From an uncultured Actinomycetes bacterium (GTDB taxonomy: Bacteria; Actinomycetota; UBA4738; JBBDTT01), in NCBI GenBank assembly GCA_963742735.1, contig CAVUMN010000002.1, positions 96,001 to 160,000 on the forward strand: 64,000 bases of DNA. Direction: 5' to 3'. The notes under the pieces are model-generated. The model saw only the letters and a program-made list of their open reading frames with translations. It did no database searches and had not been told where the DNA came from. Both the position numbers and the translations under genes were made by a program. Shown here one piece after another: positions 59,063 through 64,000 of the stretch (the first letter of the stretch is position 1; the number at the start of each line of letters is the position of its first letter).

Positions 59063-61572
59063 GTGGCGAATCGCATCTATGCCTATACCGTCGTAGGGAA
59101 GGACAGCGAGCCGTGGGAACGCACGGTCGGACAAACGCACGTCACCGGTGTTGGGTTCATCAAGGTGGGACAGACGACCAAGCCCACCGCCCGAACCCGT
59201 ATCAAGGAGCAACTCGGCACGGCCTATCCCAGCTTGGACGGTGTGACAATCCTCCTAGATCAGCCCGCTGCGCGTGCTGATGGCACTGAGTTCTCGGATC
59301 ACGATGTACATGATGCCCTCGTGGCCGCCGGCATCAAACGACAGGGCGGTGAATGGTTCGAGGCAACGCTGGATGAGGTCAGGGCGATTATCAACGCCGT
59401 CGCCAAGGGAAGGACGTTTGATCCGAAGCGTACGGAGTCCTTCCAGATGCGTCCCGAGCAGCAGCGAGCCGTCGAGGTCACCTCTGACTACTTCAAAGCT
59501 CAATCGGTGGGCCCATCGAGAAGGGCTCCCAAGTTCCTCTGGAACGCCAAGATGCGCTTCGGTAAGACCTTCGCGACCTACCAGTTGGCCGTGAGAATGG
59601 GGTGGAAGCGGATCCTGGTCCTTACCTATAAGCCGGTCGTGCAAAGCCAGTGGCGCGACGACCTACTCACACACATCGACTTCGACGGTTGGCGATTCGT
59701 CGACCGTGAGACCCACATCGGAGAGCAGGACGACTTGGTTGCCGGACCGAATCCGCTCGTTTGGTTCGCATCCTTCCAAGACCTCTTCGGCACGACTCCC
59801 GAGGGGGGCACCAAGCCGCACAATGACAAGCTCTACGTGATCAACTGGGACTGCATCGTCCTGGACGAGTACCACTTTGGAGCTTGGCGTGACTCGGCTC
59901 GTGACCTCTATGACCCCACAGACGAGGCGGTCGCCGAGGCGGAGGAACCTGACGAATGGGTGACCGAGGAGGATCTCGGGCTGAGAGTAGGCACTACCTC
60001 TACCTCTCGGGGACGCCGTTCAGGGCAATTACCAACGGCGAGTTCACCGAGGACGCCGTCTTCAACTGGACCTACGTAGACGAGCAGGCGGGGAAGCAAG
60101 GCTGGGACGAAAAGGCGCCCAACCCTTACGCCGAGCTGCCTCGCATGGAAATGTACGCCTACGAGATGAGCCAGGAGGCCGCCGTTTGGGCCGCGGGCGG
60201 CGAATTCAGCGGGTTCTCGCTCAACGAGTTCTTCAAGGCAAAGAGCGCGCACTCGAGTGGCACCGTCGCAGGGGCTGGTGCCTATGTGTTTGAGAGCCCG
60301 ACCCAGGTGTCAGAGTTCCTTGCCATGCTTCGCGGCAAGTTGTCTGATCAGATGAAGTCGTTAATCGTCGCTGGCCAGAAGCCCCCCTTTCCCTACGAGT
60401 CGGTTGGCTTCAAGAAGGCGGTGACACACTCCGTTTGGTTCCTCCCTGACGTAGCTTCATGCTTCGCCATGGGGGACTTGCTGAGGGTGGACCCCTACTT
60501 CTCTGCTTTCGAGATCGTGGTTTCCGCCGGCAGCAGCGGTGGGCAGGGCGCCGCGGCGAAACCTCCTGTCGAAGTAGCGATCGGAAAGGCTATGAAGGCG
60601 GGTGCGGGTTCGATCACCCTGTCCTGCGGAAAGCTCATGACCGGTGTGACAATCAGGGAGTGGGGGGCCATCCTCATGCTCCGCTCGTTGAAGTCACCCG
60701 AGTCATACTTCCAAGCCGCCTTTCGCGTGCAGTCGCCCTGGGCCTACAGAAACGCTGTAGGCGATCTCGATGTACAGAAGGACGTCTGCTACGTGTTCGA
60801 GTTTGATCCGAATCGCGCACTCTCCCTTGTGGCGGAGTATGGAATCCGTCTGGCCAGTTCGGGTGACGTCACGCCGTCCGAGGCCATCGGGCAGTTGCTC
60901 AACTACCTGCCCATATACGGTTTCGCGGGTGGCGCGATGACCCAATTGGACGCCTCTGCGGTTCTCGACTGGGCCACGGCCGGCATCGGAGCAACGGCCC
61001 TGGCGCAACGGTGGAATTCGCCGCTGTTAGTAGAGGTGAACGAACACACCCTGGCCGCTGTGCTGGATCACCCGCAGCTATTGGAGGCTCTGGAGCAAAT
61101 CGAAGACTTCCGAGCGCTGGTGCACAACGCCGAGTATGTCGTGACCTCCACGAGGCTCCTCAAGAAGGCAAAGCGAGAGCAAGGTGGCAAGCTCGATTCG
61201 GATCAGCAGAAGCAGCATCGTGAAACGGCTAGTCGGCGCAAGGAGATCCGAGAGAAGCTTCAGAAGTTCCTAGCCAAGCTCCCGGTGTTCATGTACGCGA
61301 CCGACTTCCGAGAAGAGGCCGTGAAGCATGTGATTGAGTCGCTGGACTCTGCTCTCTTCGAGCGGGTGACCGGTCTAACCGTTGATGACTTCAAGCTGCT
61401 CAACCAGATCGGCCTTTTCAACGCCCAACACATGAACGCTGCGATCTATCAGTTCAAGTCTTTCGAGACGGCCAGCCTCCACTACGCGGACGGCGCCTCT
61501 GAGGAGGAGGTTGAGGACAGGATTGGGCTCTGGGATCGCAGCATAGAAGCCTCCGAGCTTCCCTCCGGCTAG
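59063..61572 (+). CDS. GIY-YIG/T5orf172-like nuclease + SF2 helicase restriction subunit, split by a frameshift near 59983
   Basis: IYAY..IKVGQT..RIKEQ..EWF; NAKMRFGKT, LDEYH; next frame YLSGTPF, LMTGVT, YFQAAFRVQ. Confidence 0.85.
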
Positions 61573-61665
61573 CCGCGAGGCATAGCGTCGACACTCAGTC
61601 GCTCCTAGTGAGTAATCGACAAACGGCTATCTCTGGGTTGCGGGCATGTTCTCTACTCTTCCGAT

Positions 61666-63801
61666 CTAGGGCGGAGCCATAAGTCGATCAGGGTCCTTCT
61701 CGGGCCTGTATGGAATCTCAACGATGACGGGTCGCTCGCTTCTGATCGCCTTGCCGAACACGACGGCATTGAGCTGAGGCAAGTCCCGGAGAAGCTCGGC
61801 ATGCGCCCGTCCATAGACACTCGCGAGAAAGCTAACGCTCGTTTCATCGAAACTGCTGAGGGCCAGGATGGTGTTGCATTGCGTTAGAACATTCTTCGTG
61901 ACGGTCGCTGTGCGCTGGGCGACCACGAGCAAGCCAACACCGTACTTTCGACCCTGTAGGGCGATCTGGGAAATCTTTCCAACGACTCCGCGAGAGTCAT
62001 AGTCGCCTAGGCCCATCGTCGACGCTTCGGGCATTACTGTATGCGCCTCCTCCACCACCAGGAGCACACGGGGGCAGTCATCTGGGTGTTGTTTCGCATA
62101 TCTGAGCAGGCAAGATAGATACAGCTCAGTGATATGAAGAGTCGCCTTGGTGTTGGAGATTTCGTTTAGCGAGATTGTTCCGACTCGATCGCCGCCCTCA
62201 GTGGAGGTCAAGAATCCCTCGATCATCTGCTCGACGTCTTTGGTCAATTCCCCCCGGAATTCCTCCAAGGCCCGTTTCTCGGTCCCTGCCCCATACTGGC
62301 CGGTCTCTACGTCGAAGAGCCGCTCGCCCAGCCTGCGTGCCAGGTCGTCCGAGATGGTCAGATCCCGCGGTGTCACGTCCTGCAATCGCGCTGGGTACTT
62401 CGCAGTAAGGTCTATACAAAGGACCTTGATTCCCTGGTGCACGCAGTGGCGAATAAGTTCGAATGCGAGTTCCGTTTTGCCTGATCCGGTTACGCCCAAG
62501 ATTGCGGTGTGGAAGTCCAGTGTCTTGACGAAGGGGCCTGAGATAGGGACGCCGCTTCCGGGAACAATCCCGAATACGAAGTCACCCTCTGGAATCTCAT
62601 TTCCTTCTCCCAAGTCGGGCGAAGCAGCGAAGACAGCGGAATTCATGGTCGGCAACCAAGCCGCCTTCACGAAACCTCGATGGCGGGTCAGGACCCCTAG
62701 CTGAGCGGCGATCGCGTACTGTGAGCCGAGTCGGTCCGACTCAAGAGACTCCTCCCGCGTCACGCCTTCCATGACCTGGTAGTAAACCGTCTGGCCTGAG
62801 ACGCGGCACGATACAAGCAGGCCTTCCCGACAGAGCTCCTCACGCCACGTCTCAAAGCGGATCTCTCCGATGTTGGAATTCTCGATGACGAATCCGAGCA
62901 ATTGGGAGCCGGGTGTTCCGCCGAGTGCCTCGGCGATGGTCTCTCTGTCAGGCCGGTCAGCATCCGTGAGGGCATAGACAGAGCCACCGATTAGGCCTGG
63001 GATTGACTCTCCCGGACGTTTTGCTATGAGCCCCGTCCCGATTGCTTGTTGATCCCGCACCTGTCTGTACAGGGGCACGAGGAAATGCTGATGACCGTCC
63101 CCGTCCTGATATAGGCGTGGGGTTTCTTCCGTCCATCCCGCGCCAGGTCGAAGCGCGACACGAACTAGGTTTGGCCACTCGCTCAGGGTTACACGTCCCA
63201 GGGCCTCTAGCGTCTCCTTCGGTGCTCTGCGTCTGCTCAAGAATTGCGGAACTCTGAGGGGCCACAAAGCGACGAAGAGTCCCCAAAACACAACGAGCCA
63301 AGCCGTTTCGCGGGATCGCGAACCGTAGAAGGAGAATACGGCGAACAGAAAGACCACTGACTGCAGAAGTCGAGCCCTACCAAGGAGAACAGCAGGTTGA
63401 TAGGTGGCGGCCGCGACTCGCTTTCGCCAGCCCGTGAGATCCGGTCCCGTGCTAACGACGATGCACGTCGAAGCCATGAAGAAGACCACGACGCAGTAGC
63501 TGGTCACCAGCCACCAGCCCAAGCGTGGAGCTGAGCGGTAAACCGTGACGAGAGTGATTATTCCTGCCAACGCATTTACAGCGGAGTCTGCTGGGCGAGT
63601 GAACTTGTGTTCCAGAATTGCTGAGCCGAGCACCACCAGAAGCAGTCCTCCTTGAAAAACGGCGGACTCCTCCGGCCGCCTCGGCACCCACGCGCCCGTG
63701 AGAATTCGCGCGAGAACGGCGGCCACGCCGAGCGTCGTGAGCATTATCAAGACGCGAACCCACGGGGCGACGTACTCCTCCCGTTGGGCCTGTCGGGCCA
63801 T
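61666..63801 (-). CDS. HerA/DUF87 ATPase with N-terminal multi-TM domain
   Basis: About six hydrophobic helices in first 185 aa; HTAILGVTGSGKT, VVEEAH, GRKYGVGLLVVAQR, TQCNT. Confidence 0.88.
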   Translation of the reverse strand: MARQAQREEYVAPWVRVLIMLTTLGVAAVLARILTGAWVPRRPEESAVFQGGLLLVVLGSAILEHKFTRPADSAVNALAGIITLVTVYRSAPRLGWWLVTSYCVVVFFMASTCIVVSTGPDLTGWRKRVAAATYQPAVLLGRARLLQSVVFLFAVFSFYGSRSRETAWLVVFWGLFVALWPLRVPQFLSRRRAPKETLEALGRVTLSEWPNLVRVALRPGAGWTEETPRLYQDGDGHQHFLVPLYRQVRDQQAIGTGLIAKRPGESIPGLIGGSVYALTDADRPDRETIAEALGGTPGSQLLGFVIENSNIGEIRFETWREELCREGLLVSCRVSGQTVYYQVMEGVTREESLESDRLGSQYAIAAQLGVLTRHRGFVKAAWLPTMNSAVFAASPDLGEGNEIPEGDFVFGIVPGSGVPISGPFVKTLDFHTAILGVTGSGKTELAFELIRHCVHQGIKVLCIDLTAKYPARLQDVTPRDLTISDDLARRLGERLFDVETGQYGAGTEKRALEEFRGELTKDVEQMIEGFLTSTEGGDRVGTISLNEISNTKATLHITELYLSCLLRYAKQHPDDCPRVLLVVEEAHTVMPEASTMGLGDYDSRGVVGKISQIALQGRKYGVGLLVVAQRTATVTKNVLTQCNTILALSSFDETSVSFLASVYGRAHAELLRDLPQLNAVVFGKAIRSERPVIVEIPYRPEKDPDRLMAPP

Positions 63802-63920
63802 CTTTGAACCCCTTCGAGGGTCGTTACCCCGTAGTCTTGCAGTTCCCCTGAGATCTACGAGCCCGGCCGCGTGGATAAACTCAGCTTCAGCGCTGCGACG
63901 AGACCGGGAGGCTTCCCTAA

Positions 63921-64000
63921 ATGACCAAGTACGTCTACGACTTCTCTGAAGGTAATCGCGACATGAAGGACCTCCTTGGGGGGAAGGGGGCCCAACCTTG
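63921..64000 (+). CDS. ppdK: Pyruvate phosphate dikinase, 5' end (not in ORF track)
   Basis: GGGAGG SD; MTKYVYDFSEGNRDMKDLLGGKGA; one extra C before the expected NL. Confidence 0.88.
   Translation, partial: MTKYVYDFSEGNRDMKDLLGGKGAQP

Larger units (their letters stand above)
51985..63850. mobile_element. Defence island (atypical composition; no integrase in window)
   Basis: Clear rise in A/T at third codon positions plus clustering of nuclease, R-M and HerA genes; edges approximate. Confidence 0.6.

Noticed and set aside
51985-63850. Prophage or ICE
   Set aside because: No integrase, structural, replication or conjugation genes and no att repeats seen

Overview
High-GC bacterial chromosome segment, very likely Actinomycetota (hrcA-dnaJ without dnaK/grpE, alpha2-type glyQS, deoC + two ALDH genes, many leaderless-type starts). 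1-19.5 kb is mostly the core rpsT-lepA-hemW-hrcA-dnaJ-rsmE-HIT-phoH-ybeY-hlyC-cdd-era...recO-uppS cluster with small insertions. 19.5-36.5 kb carries accessory genes (SLATT effector, membrane-anchored TIR protein, secreted hydrolases), a Zur-controlled znu operon and glyQS. 36.5-63.9 kb is a variable region before the start of ppdK, ending in a visibly less GC-rich defence island (NERD, HNH, GmrSD, two-MTase plus helicase-nuclease R-M locus, membrane-anchored HerA). Best new observations: (1) two tandem hairpins in the glyQS leader, each presenting the Gly anticodon GCC in a tRNA-like loop (candidate thrS-type autoregulatory operator); (2) a SLATT gene next to a receptor-like TIR gene; (3) a shared GCAGG-N18/19-GAA motif upstream of four secreted hydrolases; (4) a 49-aa four-CxxC zinc-finger ORF missed by the ORF track; (5) a stand-alone TM-HerA. 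No tRNA, rRNA, CRISPR array, integrase or transposase was seen. All calls are by eye, without database searches.
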